Positions 20,801 through 32,973 are shown, counted from the stretch's first letter. The stretch is 64,000 nucleotides of DNA from Obrimoposthia wandeli (GCA_977020255.1 CDROCS010005135.1:124001-188000); one strand, 5' to 3'. Program-made: numbers and translations. The notes: generated by a model not told the origin, from the sequence alone.

Positions 20801-20959
20801 GACTTGCGCTCCTCCAGAATAGGAAGAGCTTGAGTTCCATTCTTCTATACTGCTGCAATCTATTGCTGCCTGCGCATTAAATGCAAGTAAACAAGAAACG
20901 GTGAGGGTACTGAGTGTAAATAAGGGTTTAGATATCGACCTTTGTTTCAAATGGTACAT
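17807..20959 (-). CDS. Multi-modular GH18 chitinase/chitodextrinase (CBM - two Ig-like - GH18 - ChiC-type domain - CBM)
   Basis: [11 protein letters not shown] (DxDxE), [15 protein letters not shown], terminal YKANWWT/YQANWWT chitin-binding modules. ATG 20959 has RBS AAGGA. Resembles Vibrio chitodextrinases. Confidence 0.92.
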   Translation of the reverse strand: MYHLKQRSISKPLFTLSTLTVSCLLAFNAQAAIDCSSIEEWNSSSSYSGGAQVQENNIAYKANWWTQGQSPSTHSNASQEWSLLDSCKTGGGIGNEAPTVSLSSPSASDIITEGDAVSITANAADTDGTVVRVDFYTNGTLIGSDSSAPFALSWMAVPGQHSVTAKAVDDKGAETTSSAVIITVDAAQGGNELPTVDLTLSTNTVAIGATVTLTSVAADSDGTVDKVDFFANGALIGTAATSPYTFTYTATQSGSISFFARATDDLGATSDSVISQLAVSGGSIASNCRPDGLYQTEGVTVPYCSIYDEDGREIMGADHPRRVIGYFTSWRAGDDAQTSYLVKDIPWEQLTHINYAFVSIGADGNVNIGDVNDPTNPAVGMEWNNVEIDPALGFKGHFGALATAKAKHDVKTLISIGGWAETGGHFGPNGDRIADGGFYTMTTNADGSINHAGIEKFATSSVEMMRKYKFDGVDVDYEYPTSMSGAGNPDDIIFAEARRPYLMRSYHELMRVLREKLDQASANDGIHYMLTIAAPSSGYLLRGMETMEITKYLDYVNIMSYDLHGAWNEHVGHNAALYDTGKDSELAMWNVYDTAAYGGIGYLNTDWAYHYFRGSMPAGRINIGVPYYTRGWQGVTGGNNGLWGKAPLPNQAECLAGTGEGEKNNCGNGAMGIDNLWHDKGSAGNEMGAGSNPMWHAMNLAQGIYGTYTAAYGLTPSTNPLVGTYARNYDEVAVAPWLWNAEKKVFLSTEDQESINVKANYIVDKEIGGIMFWELAGDYNCYILDANGQRTSIDATENACKTGNGEYHMGNTMTKAIYDKFKSATPYGNTVATGPIPTEAVDITVSISGFKVGDKNYPINPKLTFTNNTGSELPGGTEFQFDIPTSAPDNATDQSGGGLAVIASGHTAANNIGGLQGDMHRVAFTLPSWKNLPNGGTYELDMVYYLPISGPANYAVNINGKEYALKFEYPDLPLGNIGSGGADNGGGNGGDCNITGINTYPNWPQTDLGGQPSHANQGDKIIHNGVIYQANWWTKSTPGGDGSWATVCSI

Positions 20960-21466
20960 GTCATCATCCTTAACAAATTGTGTCATTGAATTAATAAAAT
21001 CATACCGTTCATAAAACTTTCGTTCTGAACAAAATCAACTATAGGGTTGATGACAAAATGAGCACCATTGTTTGTCTTGTTTTACATACTAAATCGCAAA
21101 TAGTTGTCGTTTTTATGTAACGGAAATGATCTTATTTTGCACCGAGAACTAATTTAAATGGAAATCTAAGCAAGAGGAATGTGCGATATGTAAACGTAAT
21201 TAGACTTAAAAGAAACGCCTCGCATTCATTTTGTCTGCGAATGAATTGATCTTGATTCATTTTCGGTATTAAGGTTAATTGTGGTTGAATTGGCAAAATA
21301 AGGTTGCTTACCAAATAAGCTTTATGAATAAAACGCAGTATTCTGACAAGTGTATTCCGATGTCTGTTTTTTCAGACAGATCTGATCCCCGTAAACTGAA
21401 CGATTTATTGGTTCACGCAGGTCTCAATCAGTATTCTGACAACAAAGTGTTGATTATTACGTTTGA

Positions 21467-21961
21467 GAAAAATATATATTAAAAATATTATCGATTATTT
21501 CTTTTCTGAATACGTCGTTGTATGGCAGACAGGGTACGATTGGTTCGATAAAGCAAGCTGTATGCTTTATGGGAGAGAATAATATGCGGAAGTTTATATC
21601 ATTATTAACGGCTCAAGAATTAACGCAAACTAGAACGACTGATATTTATACGAAAGCGGTCAGTCGAGCACGTTTTTGCGAGTTGGTTGCAATAAATACA
21701 GGTAAAAATAAAACATTTATCGATAGGGCTTTTTTGGTTGGGCTATTTTCAAACCTTCCCGATATTTTAGGCTTAGATATTCAAGAAGCGTTAGATATGT
21801 TGAAGGTTAATGATGAAATTAAAAAAGCCTTATTAGGGCAAGAGTGTGAACTTAAAAAATATCTGGAAAGTGTTATCGCCTTTGAGCAGGCTGATTGGCA
21901 GTTACTTTACAGTGTAACGGAAGGGAATGATATTTCGCCGGGCGTTTGTATAATCAAATGA
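21467..21961 (+). pseudogene. HDOD-domain relic (EAL-HDOD/YuxH-like C-terminal fragment)
   Basis: LNTSLYG...IGSIKQAVCFMGE...KAVSRARFCE...AFLVGLFSNLPDILG is HDOD-like. There is an in-frame TGA at 21464-21466, no N-terminal domain and no convincing start/RBS. Confidence 0.65.
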
Positions 21962-22073
21962 TCCGTGAAGTACGCAATAACAGCTACTTACATTAACGAT
22001 AATGAGCCACTAAAAAGGCTTTGTTTGTACAAAGCCTTTTGTCATTCCTACTCGAGTAAAACAGAAAAAGAGC

Positions 22074-22718
22074 TTACTTCGCAATACGCGCTTTAAAGCT
22101 AGTGCGCGTTGCTTCATCTGCTTGGCTGTACCAGTAATCTAGCATTTGACCTGCTACAGTTGTCTTTTCGCCATTCTTGTTTTGAAGTGCTGGGTAATCA
22201 GCAGGGTTAATCGTTGCTGGTAGTGTTACCGCTATTGCACCTGTTGCCATTGCATAGGCTGCTGGCTGCGATGTTTGGTTGTAGACTGCGATCTCTTTTT
22301 CTAAATCACGACCAAATTGTACGCCATTTTTCATTAGCTTACCCTGCTCAAAATTCACAGAGCTATCTGATTTATTTTTTAGTTTTAGTGAAGGGTTGCG
22401 GTTAAACTTTTCACCCTCAAGGCTTGATGTGATTTTAGGTAGTGTTAATACATAATTAGCATCTTGACCGTCAAACGTCATGATAACGATATCTGACTTG
22501 AATAGATTGTAATCGCCATTTTCGCGGTAGTTTTGTTCAATGCGGAATGCGATTTGGTTTTTACCATCTTTCAAAGTAAGCGCATTGTTACCATCAGCAT
22601 CAACACCGTTGACCAGTACAAGTTCAGCACTTTTAGGTAATTCAAGATTTACGTCTGCTAATGTTGGGAAACTCAGCCCACAAGCTGTTAAAGCGATGAT
22701 GGCGGTACGTAATTTCAT
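22074..22718 (-). CDS. DUF2057/YccT family exported protein
   Basis: Signal peptide, LVLVNG, LKDGKNQIAFR, C-terminal MLDYWYSQADEATRTSF; near rlmI as yccT is in enterics. Confidence 0.8.
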   Translation of the reverse strand: MKLRTAIIALTACGLSFPTLADVNLELPKSAELVLVNGVDADGNNALTLKDGKNQIAFRIEQNYRENGDYNLFKSDIVIMTFDGQDANYVLTLPKITSSLEGEKFNRNPSLKLKNKSDSSVNFEQGKLMKNGVQFGRDLEKEIAVYNQTSQPAAYAMATGAIAVTLPATINPADYPALQNKNGEKTTVAGQMLDYWYSQADEATRTSFKARIAK

Positions 22719-23017
22719 GTTTATTCCTTTCGAATTCTAATGACGAATTAAGATAAAGCGAATGTAAGTGTGACAAAGTATTACATTGTATACCCAGCGA
22801 CCTTGAGTCTGAAGCCAGAAACCTGAATCTAAACTGAACCAGCTGTACCCGTAATCAATTTATAGTGTCTTTTGATATCAATGCTATTAAATTCTGTACT
22901 AAATATTAGGTTTACATCATTTATTGCTAATCTTGTTCATTTATTGTGCTAGCGTAACTTTCATCATATTTAAGAACTATACCCTGCTTCCTCACAACAT
23001 AGGGATACAAGCATTAT

Positions 23018-23776
23018 ATGGATATCACACTTCTACATGTTTTTATGCTACTCATAACAGGGTTTTTAGCCGGTATTATCAATACGCTTGCTGGTGGCGG
23101 TTCCAATTTAACCTTACCCGCACTCATGATCATGGGGATGCCTGCAGAAGTGGCAAATGCGACTAATCGGGTAGGAGTTGCGATGCAGGCTGTGACTGCC
23201 GTATCAGGGTTTAAACGTCATGGGAAAATGGATTCTGACGATATAATCCCTATTATTATTCCTTCTGTTATCGGTGGCTTAATCGGAGCCGCTGCTGCTG
23301 CTTATATGTCAACAGAATACATTAAACCTGTGCTATTAGGCACAATGCTGACTATGGCGGCTGTGATGCTGGTGAAGCCTTCTTTTATTGCCCCAGAACC
23401 CGGCACGCTAGTTAATAAAGTAAGGGATACTCCGAGTTCGTGGTGGGGGCTGGGTATTGCTGGCTTTTATGGTGGCTTTATTCAAGCTGGAGTAGGGTTT
23501 GTATTAATTGCAGCTTTAGCTGGCACATTACGATATGACTTGGTAAGAGCAAATGCGCTCAAAATGCTATGTACATTAGTCTTTACTGTTGTTGCGTTGG
23601 GGTTATTCATTGCTGAAGGGTTAGTGATGTGGGTACCTGGGTTAATATTGGCATTTGGTACGATGTTTGGTGCACACATTGCCGTTAACATGGCCATTAA
23701 AGCCCAGCCCGCTACCCTCAAGTGGTTTTTATTTATAATGACTTTATGCGGTTGTATAGCGGCATTAATGTTTTAG
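23018..23776 (+). CDS. TauE/SafE (TSUP) sulfite exporter family membrane protein
   Basis: AGIINTLAGGGS, ANATNR and GFYGGFIQAGVG motifs; about 8 TM helices. Confidence 0.88.
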   Translation: MDITLLHVFMLLITGFLAGIINTLAGGGSNLTLPALMIMGMPAEVANATNRVGVAMQAVTAVSGFKRHGKMDSDDIIPIIIPSVIGGLIGAAAAAYMSTEYIKPVLLGTMLTMAAVMLVKPSFIAPEPGTLVNKVRDTPSSWWGLGIAGFYGGFIQAGVGFVLIAALAGTLRYDLVRANALKMLCTLVFTVVALGLFIAEGLVMWVPGLILAFGTMFGAHIAVNMAIKAQPATLKWFLFIMTLCGCIAALMF

Positions 23777-23841
23777 AAACAAAAAAGCCTGATTTTCTTT
23801 TAGGCTTTTTTGTTTAGCGTGCAATTGTTGTTTGCTCGTTT

Positions 23842-25035
23842 TTATTTAACGTAGCAAGCAAAACCTTTCAGGTAGAAACCTTCAGGGTAAGCACTGTCTA
23901 GTGGGTGATCAGCTGCTTGGCCAAAACGTTCAATAAATTGTACTTCACGGTGTGCATCAAGGGCTGCATCGGCAATGATTTTTTGGAACAAGCCGTTGTC
24001 CATCAAACCCGAACAAGAATATGTTAGTAGCATACCGCCTGGGTTAAGAATTTGCATCGCCACCATGTTGATATCTTTATAACCACGACATGCGCCTACC
24101 AGCTGTGATTTAGATTCAGCAAACTTAGGTGGATCCATGATAACAACATCAAAAAATTCGCCACGTTCACGGTATTCACGTAGTAGCTTGAACACATCAG
24201 CGTTTACGAATTCTGCATTTTCAACAGGTAAACCGTTAGCTTCTGTGTTTAGTCGTGCTGTGTCTAGCGCTGGTTGTGAAACATCAACGTTAACGACTTG
24301 GCTAGCACCACCTTTAAGAGCGTAAAGTCCGAAACCTCCGGTGTAACAGAAGCAGTTCAGAACACGCTTACCATTCACATATTTAACGGCTGCTTGGCGG
24401 CTATCGCGTTGGTCTAGGTAGAAACCTGTTTTATGTCCACCGACGATATCAACATTGATTTTAATGCCGTTTTCTTCGATAGTCACAAACTTAGGTGGCT
24501 CTTCGCCTGAAAGAACACCAGTACGCTGTTTTAACCCTTCTTTCTTACGAACTGCGACATCAGAACGTTCGTATACGCTACATTCTGGGTAACAGATGTT
24601 TAATGCTTCAACCAGCACATCTTTTTGCTCTTCAGCGCCAGCACTTAGTAGCTGACAAACCAAAAAGTTTTGGTAACGGTCAATGGTAATACCTGGTAAA
24701 CCATCAGATTCTGCGGCGATTAAACGATAGCCTGTTAAACCATCACGTGCTGCTAATACATCACGTAAAGCTTGTGCAGCTTTAAGACGCTTAACAAAGA
24801 AATCGACGTTGATTACTTCTTTTTTATCGAATGTCCAAACACGAACACGAATTTGTGATTGTGGAGAATACGCACCACGTGCTAACCATTCGCCGTTGTT
24901 GTCGTAAACTTCAACAGTTTCACCCATTGACGGTTTATTTCCTTCAATGCGATCGATGCCGCGCGAGAAAACCCAAGGGTGGCGGCGGCGAAGTGATTTT
25001 TCACGGCCTTTAACAAGATAAATAGAAGCAGTCAT
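23842..25035 (-). CDS. rlmI: 23S rRNA m5C1962 methyltransferase RlmI
   Basis: [19 protein letters not shown] domain, [24 protein letters not shown] 25035 gives 397 aa. Confidence 0.95.
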   Translation of the reverse strand: MTASIYLVKGREKSLRRRHPWVFSRGIDRIEGNKPSMGETVEVYDNNGEWLARGAYSPQSQIRVRVWTFDKKEVINVDFFVKRLKAAQALRDVLAARDGLTGYRLIAAESDGLPGITIDRYQNFLVCQLLSAGAEEQKDVLVEALNICYPECSVYERSDVAVRKKEGLKQRTGVLSGEEPPKFVTIEENGIKINVDIVGGHKTGFYLDQRDSRQAAVKYVNGKRVLNCFCYTGGFGLYALKGGASQVVNVDVSQPALDTARLNTEANGLPVENAEFVNADVFKLLREYRERGEFFDVVIMDPPKFAESKSQLVGACRGYKDINMVAMQILNPGGMLLTYSCSGLMDNGLFQKIIADAALDAHREVQFIERFGQAADHPLDSAYPEGFYLKGFACYVK

Positions 25036-25147
25036 GACATGCCCAGTTAAGGAAATCGAATGGGGGCGTATTATGTTGCTGCTAATCATTAAAAGCAAAT
25101 GAAAAAGCCGCCAAAATAGGCGGCTTGAGGTAAACCGTTACAGTTTA

Positions 25148-26548
25148 TTAAGCTTTAAGACCGCTCATCAAAGATTCAAGCACTTCCGCTTGTTGGTTGA
25201 GTCGTTCAATTTCAGTATTCGATTGAGCAATCACGTCACAAACCTGACGAGATTGCTCGCGTACTTGTTCAACGCTAGAGGCAATGTTATCTGCCACGGC
25301 ACCTTGTTGTTCTGCAGCGGCTGCGATCTCTGTACTGCGATCTGAAATCTGCTGATTACGTTCTGTAATTTGGCTTATTTCATTATCGACAGAATCCATT
25401 AACTGCTCACTCTGCTGAGCATTTTGAACGGTATTATTCATTACCGACATTAATTGCTGGCTGTTTTGCTGTAAGGATTCAATCATTTGCTGAATTTCAA
25501 CGGTTGCACTTTGTGTGCGTCCTGCAAGGGTACGCACTTCATCAGCAACAACAGCAAAGCCACGGCCTTGCTCACCAGCACGCGCCGCTTCAATCGCTGC
25601 GTTTAATGCTAATAGATTGGTCTGTTGAGAGATGCCATTAATTGTTGTGACAACGTCGTTTATTTTTGTTGCATTACTGTCTAGTTCAGAGACAGCATTT
25701 GCCGCGACATTAATTTCACTCGAAAGCGTAGAAATAGCCGACTTTGTTTCACCAACTTGTGTTCGTCCAAGCTCAGACATTTCTTGTGCTTCACGGGTTT
25801 GATCTGATGTTTGGTGAGCGTGAGTCGCCACTTCACGGATTGATGTCGCCATTTCTTCTGTTGCGCTGGCTAATGAATCTAAATGTTGTTGCTGGCTTAC
25901 TGAAAGGTTTTCGCTTTGATGGCTACGCTGACGCAGATCACTACTAATTTGTTGCATCATCGCGGTGGCTTCTTGTGTTGCTTGAACAAGTTTTTGTTCA
26001 CGATCAGCCACGCGATCTATGGTAATGGCAATAGTGCTGAACTCGTCGCGCACTTGAAAGAAATTCATACGTTGTGTTAAGTCGCCATTAGCCAAATTGG
26101 CGAGGGCTTTGTTCATGGTGAACATCGCGCCACCGATGAATGTCATTATGAAATAGACACAGGCGAGTACAATAACAAGCAGTAGAATCGTAAAGCTGAT
26201 CTGTGTGGTAGACAGGTAGCTATAGATACTGGACGGATCAATAGTTGATATCACATAGTTCATGTTTGAAACGGTTGATGAAATTTCACCATTTCCAAGT
26301 TTTAATCCACTATTAGTAAGTAGCGAGGCGGCATCTGATTGACTAACATTATACTTTGATAATAATGCTGTTGTTGTATGGAGTTGGTTCGTCGTGATTT
26401 CAATACGCTGTTCGTTAGCGGCATCGACTAAAATGGCACTAACACTGATAATGGCGATTAAAGGCAGAAGAAATAAAAGATAGAACTTTTCTTGTATCTT
26501 TAAATGAATGAGGTACTTATCAATCCATCGAAACGCGACTTCTTTCAT
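25148..26548 (-). CDS. Methyl-accepting chemotaxis protein (short periplasmic region)
   Basis: Two TM helices, HAMP (GDLTQR...DEF), signalling hairpin [31 protein letters not shown]. Confidence 0.95.
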   Translation of the reverse strand: MKEVAFRWIDKYLIHLKIQEKFYLLFLLPLIAIISVSAILVDAANEQRIEITTNQLHTTTALLSKYNVSQSDAASLLTNSGLKLGNGEISSTVSNMNYVISTIDPSSIYSYLSTTQISFTILLLVIVLACVYFIMTFIGGAMFTMNKALANLANGDLTQRMNFFQVRDEFSTIAITIDRVADREQKLVQATQEATAMMQQISSDLRQRSHQSENLSVSQQQHLDSLASATEEMATSIREVATHAHQTSDQTREAQEMSELGRTQVGETKSAISTLSSEINVAANAVSELDSNATKINDVVTTINGISQQTNLLALNAAIEAARAGEQGRGFAVVADEVRTLAGRTQSATVEIQQMIESLQQNSQQLMSVMNNTVQNAQQSEQLMDSVDNEISQITERNQQISDRSTEIAAAAEQQGAVADNIASSVEQVREQSRQVCDVIAQSNTEIERLNQQAEVLESLMSGLKA

Positions 26549-26642
26549 ATTGGTGTCCTGATTAACGAAGAATACGGCTGTCTAATGACAATTTACTATA
26601 TAAGTCGTTATCGGTTGATTTATAAAATTCTTGAGGTGATAT

Positions 26643-26915
26643 ATGTCACAGATTTGTGTAAAGGCAAACGTCAAAGGGACAGTTCAGGGGGTCGGGTTCA
26701 GATTTCATACCGTTCACGAAGGTTTACAAGGTGGTTTGAGTGGTTATGCGATGAATCTACCAGATGGAAGCGTTGAGGTGCTAGCGTGTGGAAACGAAGA
26801 TAATGTGAATAAGTTGCTGGCTTGGCTAGAAAGCGGGCCTAAAACGTCAAGAGTTGACAGTATCGACGCTGAAATCATTGAATGGCGACATATTGATGGA
26901 TTCGAAATCAAATAA
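26643..26915 (+). CDS. yccX: Acylphosphatase
   Basis: GTVQGVGFR, GYAMNLPDGSVEV and GPKTSRV motifs; 90 aa. Confidence 0.93.
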   Translation: MSQICVKANVKGTVQGVGFRFHTVHEGLQGGLSGYAMNLPDGSVEVLACGNEDNVNKLLAWLESGPKTSRVDSIDAEIIEWRHIDGFEIK

Positions 26916-27000
26916 TGTGGTTTTATAGATAAAATAACAGGGCTAGTTAAATAACATAGCGCCCTGTTTGTAGTATTTGCTGATGTATTCTGTAAAAGCG

Positions 27001-27330
27001 TTAGATACACTTTACGGGTTTTGGTAGGCCAGCAAGTTTTGTTGCTTGCTTCGCAGGCCCCTTGATAAAGAGTTTGTAAAGATAACGAGAGCTACCTTTC
27101 TCTTCACCGTATTTTTTTGCCATTGCTTTTACAAGCATACGAATAGCGGGTGAAGTGTTAAATTCTAAGTAAAATTCTCTTACAAAGAGAATCACTTCCC
27201 AATGTGCCTCAGATAATTCAATACCTTCATCCTGAGCGAGAAGGGGGACAATATCTCTCGACCAATCATCAACGTTCTTAAGGTAACCCTGAGCGTCGGT
27301 TTCTATTTGTTTGCCATTAATTTCAAGCAT
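27001..27330 (-). CDS. tusE: Sulfur transfer protein TusE (DsrC family)
   Basis: LSEAHWEVI...[25 protein letters not shown] with C-terminal Cys; ATG 27330 gives 109 aa. Confidence 0.95.
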   Translation of the reverse strand: MLEINGKQIETDAQGYLKNVDDWSRDIVPLLAQDEGIELSEAHWEVILFVREFYLEFNTSPAIRMLVKAMAKKYGEEKGSSRYLYKLFIKGPAKQATKLAGLPKPVKCI

Positions 27331-27486
27331 GATGTGCCTCGATATTCGGATCGCAGAAAGGATAGTGATTCGAACACGGCGCTGCAAGTAGAAATGGAAA
27401 AATCATGTAAATAGCAGGCAATAAAAAAGCGTCCATCCGGACGCTTTTTTTTACATTATCTATTTAACGATTCACTAAAAAAGTGA

Positions 27487-28152
27487 TTAATCGTTGTTAC
27501 CCATGATACCTAAGATTTGTAGCAAGCTTAGGAATAGGTTGTAGATAGATACATATAATGTAACGGTTGCAGAGATATAGTTCGTTTCACCACCACGGAT
27601 GATTGACTGCGTAGTAAGCAGAATCGCCGCTGAAGAGAACAGAACAAACATACCGCTGATTGCTAATGAAAGCATAGGTATTTGTAGGAAGATGTTTGCA
27701 ACAACTGCAACAATAATCGCAACAAAACCAGCCATTAACATACCATTCAAGAATGATAGATCACGCTTAGTTGTTAGTGCATACGCAGAACAAGCCATAA
27801 ATGTAAGGGCTGTACCGCCTAGAGCAGGAACAATTGCGTGTCCCATGCCAGCGCCGATGTACATGTTCAGAATAGGCCCTAGGGTGTAACCCATGAAACC
27901 CGTTAATGCGAATGTAAAGACGATACCAAGGCTACTGTCTTTGTTCTTTTCAGTTAAGAACATTAGACCGTAGAAACCAACCAACGTAATGATGATTCCT
28001 GGGTAAGGCAGGTTCATTGCCATAGCGGTACCTGCGATAACCGCAGACCAAAGCAATGTTAGAGAAAGTAGGAAGTACGTGTTTCTTAAAACCTTATTGG
28101 TTGAAAGTACGCTATCGTAAGATCCAGTACGATTCACTATACGATCGTTCAT
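27487..28152 (-). CDS. yccA: Bax inhibitor-1 family membrane protein YccA
   Basis: NKVLRNTYFLLSLTL...GGETNYISATVTLYVSIYNLF; conserved position beside tusE. Confidence 0.93.
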   Translation of the reverse strand: MNDRIVNRTGSYDSVLSTNKVLRNTYFLLSLTLLWSAVIAGTAMAMNLPYPGIIITLVGFYGLMFLTEKNKDSSLGIVFTFALTGFMGYTLGPILNMYIGAGMGHAIVPALGGTALTFMACSAYALTTKRDLSFLNGMLMAGFVAIIVAVVANIFLQIPMLSLAISGMFVLFSSAAILLTTQSIIRGGETNYISATVTLYVSIYNLFLSLLQILGIMGNND

Positions 28153-28539
28153 AAGTGTCCCCTTAGGGTTAGTTATGTTGATATTTGTTAAGACATATAT
28201 GAGGGCAAACGTTCATAATTGCAAGCTATTAACTTGTAATAAAACTATTTACGGACCAAACATATCCTATCTAAGTTCTTGAGTAGAATGATACTTAACA
28301 TTTCATTATCTTTTACGGTAAAAATGTAAATAAATATTTCAGTGTCATTCGTACGATAAATTCGTATGAGGTTAAAACCCTCAATCTGCACAGTGTAACA
28401 CTCAACGAGTGGTTACGAGTATGAAACGTATCGCTATGCAGGGGTTTTCTACATTCAACGTATTCTGCTTTATTGATAGGTTACATCATGCAGCAGAACA
28501 GAAGCTGAATAAAGCTTCGTTTTTTGTATTAGATTATAT

Positions 28540-29364
28540 TTAATGCAGTATCTGGCTTAAGAACAACTGCGTACGGTCAGACTGTGGATTGTCGAAGAAA
28601 TCGTGAGGATTGTTTTCTTCTATGATCTCACCACGGTCCATAAAGATAACGCGATCGGCAACCTGACGGGCAAACCCCATTTCGTGCGTTACACATATCA
28701 TGGTCATGCCTTCATGAGCCAACTCAACCATAACATCGAGTACCTCGCGTACCATTTCAGGGTCTAGTGCAGAAGTGGGTTCATCAAAGAGCATGATTTG
28801 CGGGTTCATACATAGCGAACGTGCAATCGCGACACGCTGTTGCTGTCCGCCAGAGAGTTGGCCTGGGTACTTATCTGCTTGGTCGGGAATTTTAACGCGC
28901 TCAAGATAATTCATTGCTAATGCTTCAGCTTCTTTCTGAGGCATTTTCTTCACCCAAATAGGCGCAAGAGTGCAATTTTCTAATACGGTAAGGTGGGGGA
29001 AGAGGTTAAAATGCTGAAAACACATGCCGACTTCTTTACGTACTAATTCGATATTTTTAAGGTCATCGGTTAGTTCGTTACCAGCAACAACTATCTGACC
29101 CTTCTGATGTTCTTCTAAGCGGTTAATACAGCGAATCAAGGTTGATTTTCCTGAGCCAGAAGGACCACAAATAACGATCTTTTCACCTTTAGTTACGGTT
29201 AGGTTGATGTCTTTTAGTACGTGAAATTGCCCATACCATTTATTAACGTTAGATAGATCAATCATTGTATCGGTCATAATAGATTGATCCGACTTTGTTG
29301 TTTCGTCCAAAGTGGTTTTACCACCGGAAAGGTTACTACTTGCAATCAACGTACTGCTTGTCAT
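28540..29364 (-). CDS. aapP: General L-amino acid ABC transporter ATPase
   Basis: Walker A GPSGSGKS, signature [16 protein letters not shown]. Confidence 0.93.
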   Translation of the reverse strand: MTSSTLIASSNLSGGKTTLDETTKSDQSIMTDTMIDLSNVNKWYGQFHVLKDINLTVTKGEKIVICGPSGSGKSTLIRCINRLEEHQKGQIVVAGNELTDDLKNIELVRKEVGMCFQHFNLFPHLTVLENCTLAPIWVKKMPQKEAEALAMNYLERVKIPDQADKYPGQLSGGQQQRVAIARSLCMNPQIMLFDEPTSALDPEMVREVLDVMVELAHEGMTMICVTHEMGFARQVADRVIFMDRGEIIEENNPHDFFDNPQSDRTQLFLSQILH

Positions 29365-29378
29365 AGTGCTATCCTTGC

Positions 29379-30476
29379 TTATCGTTTATGACCCGTGTGC
29401 AATTTATTTTCTAAAAAGATGCTGTAACGAGACATACTGAAACAGAAAATCCAAAAAACGAGTGCGACAAAAACATAACTTTCTGTCGAAAATCCTAACC
29501 ATTCGGGGTCGCTGTTAGCGGCTTGGCCAATACCTAACACATCGAACATACCGATGATTAAGACAAGGCTGGTGTCTTTAAATAGACCAATAAAGGTGTT
29601 CACAATTGAAGGGATGGTAATCTTTAAGGCTTGCGGTAACACAATCAGGTACATGCTTTTCCAATAAGAGAGCCCCAGCGCATCTGCCGCTTCATATTGG
29701 CCTCTTGGTATTGCTTGCAACCCACCTCGTATAACTTCAGCCATATAGGCGGCGCTAAATAACACCACGCCGATTAATGCCCGAAAAAGCTTATCCATTT
29801 CCATTTCAGAGGTTAAAAATAATGGCAGTAGTACAGAAGCCATGAATAATACGGTAATAAGGGGGACACCACGCCATATCTCGATATAAACGGTACATAT
29901 GCTACGTATTATTGGCATTTCAGATCGTCGACCAAGGGCGAGTGCCACGCCAATAGGCAGTGAAACAACAATACCTACAATTGCAATAACCAGTGTGACG
30001 AGCAATCCACCCCATAAGTGGGTGTCAACAACTTCTAAGCCAAATACTCCGCCGTACAACAAGAAGGCAGCAAAGAAAGGGTAAACATTAACAAAGAATA
30101 ACCAAATCCATTTTCTACCCGGTGTCTTTTCAATCACAAGCAATGAAATGAAAATTGCCAGCGTAAAATAAAACAGCTTTGGTCGCCAAAGTTGCTCGGC
30201 AGGGTAGAAGCCGAACATGAATTGATCAAAACGGACATTAATAAATACCCAACACGCTCCATCACGAGAACAAGCATCACGCGTATAACCAATCCAATCG
30301 GCGTTTATAAATGCCCATTGGATAACGGCCCATAATCCCGTTATTGCAAAATAAGCGAGGAAAAGGGTCGCGATTGAATTTGTTATCGATGAAAATAAGT
30401 GCTGACGAGCCCATCCAATAATACCGACAGTATTTGCTGGTGGTGGTAAGTCAGGCTGAAAATTATGATGACTCAT
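29379..30476 (-). CDS. aapM: General L-amino acid ABC transporter permease
   Basis: WRGVPLIT and [26 protein letters not shown] (EAA loop). Confidence 0.92.
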   Translation of the reverse strand: MSHHNFQPDLPPPANTVGIIGWARQHLFSSITNSIATLFLAYFAITGLWAVIQWAFINADWIGYTRDACSRDGACWVFINVRFDQFMFGFYPAEQLWRPKLFYFTLAIFISLLVIEKTPGRKWIWLFFVNVYPFFAAFLLYGGVFGLEVVDTHLWGGLLVTLVIAIVGIVVSLPIGVALALGRRSEMPIIRSICTVYIEIWRGVPLITVLFMASVLLPLFLTSEMEMDKLFRALIGVVLFSAAYMAEVIRGGLQAIPRGQYEAADALGLSYWKSMYLIVLPQALKITIPSIVNTFIGLFKDTSLVLIIGMFDVLGIGQAANSDPEWLGFSTESYVFVALVFWIFCFSMSRYSIFLENKLHTGHKR

Positions 30477-30480
30477 TATA

Positions 30481-31692
30481 TTACCTCTCCACCAAAGCGA
30501 CTTTCTTGTTATACATATTCATAAAGAATGACGTAGTTAAGCTTAAACCTAGGTAAACCCCCATAGTCATAGCAATAATCTCAATAGCTTGACCTGTTTG
30601 GTTTAATGTTGTGCCTGCAAAAACAGAGACGAGATCGGGATAACCGATAGCCATAGCTAATGAAGAGTTTTTGGTCAGGTTTAAATATTGGCTAGTAAGA
30701 GGTGGAATAATGATCCGCATCGCTTGGGGAATAACGACCAGGCGTAATGTTTTACTTCGTGGTAAACCTAAAGCAAGTGATGCCTCTGTTTGCCCATGAT
30801 TTACTGCATTAATACCTGATCGTACAATTTCAGCAATGAAAGAAGCGGTGTAGATACTAAGTGCGATAAGTAAGGCGGCTAGTTCCGGTAAAATGGAGAT
30901 ACCACCACGGAAGTTAAACCCTTTTAGCTCTGGGTATTCAATCGATACCGGCATACCTGCTGCGAAAAAAGCAACAACAGGCAAACCAATTACCATACCT
31001 AGGGTTGTGAGTAATACGGGCGATTGCACCCCTGTATCTTTCTGTTTTTTATGTGATTTTATGGCATATATGATGGATAGCACAACCGCTAAAGCTAATG
31101 CTGCAAATATCCAACTTGAACCTTCGTTAAAGACAGGGCCAGCAAGATAAAGCCCACGTACATTAATAAAAAGGCTTTCTCCTATACTTAGGCTCTGACG
31201 CGGTGAAGGCAATGCTTGAAGTACTGCAAAGTACCAGAAGAAAATTTGTAGTAAAAGAGGGATATTACGAAATGTTTCGATATAAAGCGCCGCAAAGCGG
31301 CTAATTAACCAGTTTGAAGAAAGGCGTGAAATGCCAACTGTAAAGCCGATAATTGTCGCTAAAAATATACCTAAAACAGACACTAACGCTGTATTTAGTA
31401 AGCCGACAAAAAAGGTACGACCATAAGTATATGTTTCATCATAATCGATCAGTGTTAAGCCAATGCCAAAACCAGCTTCTTCGTTGAGAAATCCAAACCC
31501 TGTTGCAATACCACGTGCATCAAGATTTTCCAGTGCATTATTTATGATGTTGTAAAAAAAGAAAAGTAACCCCAGTACTGCAATTATTTGAAAAATAATG
31601 GCGCGAAAAGTGGGATTATAAAAAAGGTTTTGTTTCTTAGGTGGACTAGCTACATCCGATGTATTTAACGCTTTTGCTGTTTTAGGAGCCAT
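30481..31692 (-). CDS. aapQ: General L-amino acid ABC transporter permease
   Basis: FRNIPLLLQ, FIAEIVRSGINAVNHGQTEA and NLTKNSSLA motifs. Confidence 0.92.
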   Translation of the reverse strand: MAPKTAKALNTSDVASPPKKQNLFYNPTFRAIIFQIIAVLGLLFFFYNIINNALENLDARGIATGFGFLNEEAGFGIGLTLIDYDETYTYGRTFFVGLLNTALVSVLGIFLATIIGFTVGISRLSSNWLISRFAALYIETFRNIPLLLQIFFWYFAVLQALPSPRQSLSIGESLFINVRGLYLAGPVFNEGSSWIFAALALAVVLSIIYAIKSHKKQKDTGVQSPVLLTTLGMVIGLPVVAFFAAGMPVSIEYPELKGFNFRGGISILPELAALLIALSIYTASFIAEIVRSGINAVNHGQTEASLALGLPRSKTLRLVVIPQAMRIIIPPLTSQYLNLTKNSSLAMAIGYPDLVSVFAGTTLNQTGQAIEIIAMTMGVYLGLSLTTSFFMNMYNKKVALVER

Positions 31693-31779
31693 ACAACAAC
31701 CTCAGTTCCTATTGAGATGTTGGGAGGCAGCAACAATGTTACTGCCTCCGCTTCATATTACGTAGATTGATTTTAATAA

Positions 31780-32808
31780 TTAACGAATAGGGGCAGCGTA
31801 TTGAATACCGCCATCTTTCCAAAGTGCATTTAAGCCACGTTCGATTTTAAGTGGTGATCCTGTACCAACAGTACGTTCGAAGCTTTCACCATAGTTGCCC
31901 ACTTGCTTAACGATTTGGTATCCCCAATCATCATTTAGGCCAAGCCCTTTACCTTTAGGACCATCTAGACCGATTAAACGACGAATATTTGGATCTTTTG
32001 ATTCTTTCATTTTATCGACGTTTGCAGATGTAACACCGTATTCTTCAGCATTAAGCATTGCGTTTAATGTCCACTTAACAATATTGAACCATTGATCATC
32101 GCCTTGTCGAACAACTGGTCCTAGCGGCTCTTTAGAAATAACTTCAGGAAGAACAACCGCAGAAGCTGGTTCAGCCAAATTTAGACGAAGTGCATATAAT
32201 CCTGATTGGTCTGTGGTTAATACGTCACATCGACCAGAGTCAAAACCTTTCGATGTTTGAGGGGCTGTATCAAATACAACTGGGCTATATTTCATGCCAT
32301 TAACACGGAAATAATCGGCAAGGTTAAGTTCTGTTGTTGTACCCGATTGCACACATACAGCTGCGCCATCTAGCTCTTTGGCACTTGAGACGCCTAGCTC
32401 TTTTTTGACCATAAAACCTTGGCCATCATAATAACTAACACCAGCAAAGTTTAAGCCTAGAGCACTATCACGGTGCAGCGTCCATGTTGTATTTCGAGAT
32501 AACACATCAATCTCGCCTGATTGAAGTGCAGTAAAACGTTCTTTTGCTGTTAATGGAATATATTTAACTTTTGTTTTATCACCGACAGTTGCTGCTGCGA
32601 TTGCCTGACAGAATTCAACATCTAGCCCTTCCCATTCCCCTTTAGAGTTTGGGTTTGAGAAGCCAGGTAAGCCAGCACTCACACCACATTGGACATAACC
32701 TTGCTTCATTACCTTTTCTAGGGTCGTGTTAGCTGCTGATGCATTAACCGCGAAAAGTGCTGATGTAGTGGCTATTGCCGCAAATAGTACTGATGTTTTT
32801 TTAGCCAT
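31780..32808 (-). CDS. aapJ: General L-amino acid ABC transporter substrate-binding protein
   Basis: RFTALQSGEIDVLSRNTTWT, SKEPLGP and C-terminal YAAPIR motifs. Confidence 0.93.
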   Translation of the reverse strand: MAKKTSVLFAAIATTSALFAVNASAANTTLEKVMKQGYVQCGVSAGLPGFSNPNSKGEWEGLDVEFCQAIAAATVGDKTKVKYIPLTAKERFTALQSGEIDVLSRNTTWTLHRDSALGLNFAGVSYYDGQGFMVKKELGVSSAKELDGAAVCVQSGTTTELNLADYFRVNGMKYSPVVFDTAPQTSKGFDSGRCDVLTTDQSGLYALRLNLAEPASAVVLPEVISKEPLGPVVRQGDDQWFNIVKWTLNAMLNAEEYGVTSANVDKMKESKDPNIRRLIGLDGPKGKGLGLNDDWGYQIVKQVGNYGESFERTVGTGSPLKIERGLNALWKDGGIQYAAPIR

Positions 32809-32973
32809 TATTGTCGTCCTTGTTTAATGTAAAAGCGCATGTTGTGTTTGTTTTTGAATGTATCTACGTACAAATGTAAATACTTTGTTAACAAGTACAA
32901 GTATAGAAACAGAATCCTTAACGTCTATTCTTATGACGGTTTATGATCACGTTTTCGCTAATTGTTTATAATT

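Noticed and set aside
17641-21065. 15-nt near-direct repeat TGA(A/C)AAAATGAGCAC flanking the chitodextrinase (17641 and 21051)
   Set aside because: Short, AT-rich and mismatched; plausible by chance, with no other sign of insertion.
21132-21482. Short ORFs 21132-21314 (-) and 21279-21482 (+) as transposase or toxin fragments
   Set aside because: No recognisable motif or RBS; probably non-coding or decayed sequence.
22789-22830. TATACCC-type MITE end upstream of the TSUP gene (similar stubs at 54586 and 63705)
   Set aside because: No matching opposite terminus was found; at most eroded remnants, or chance 7-mers.
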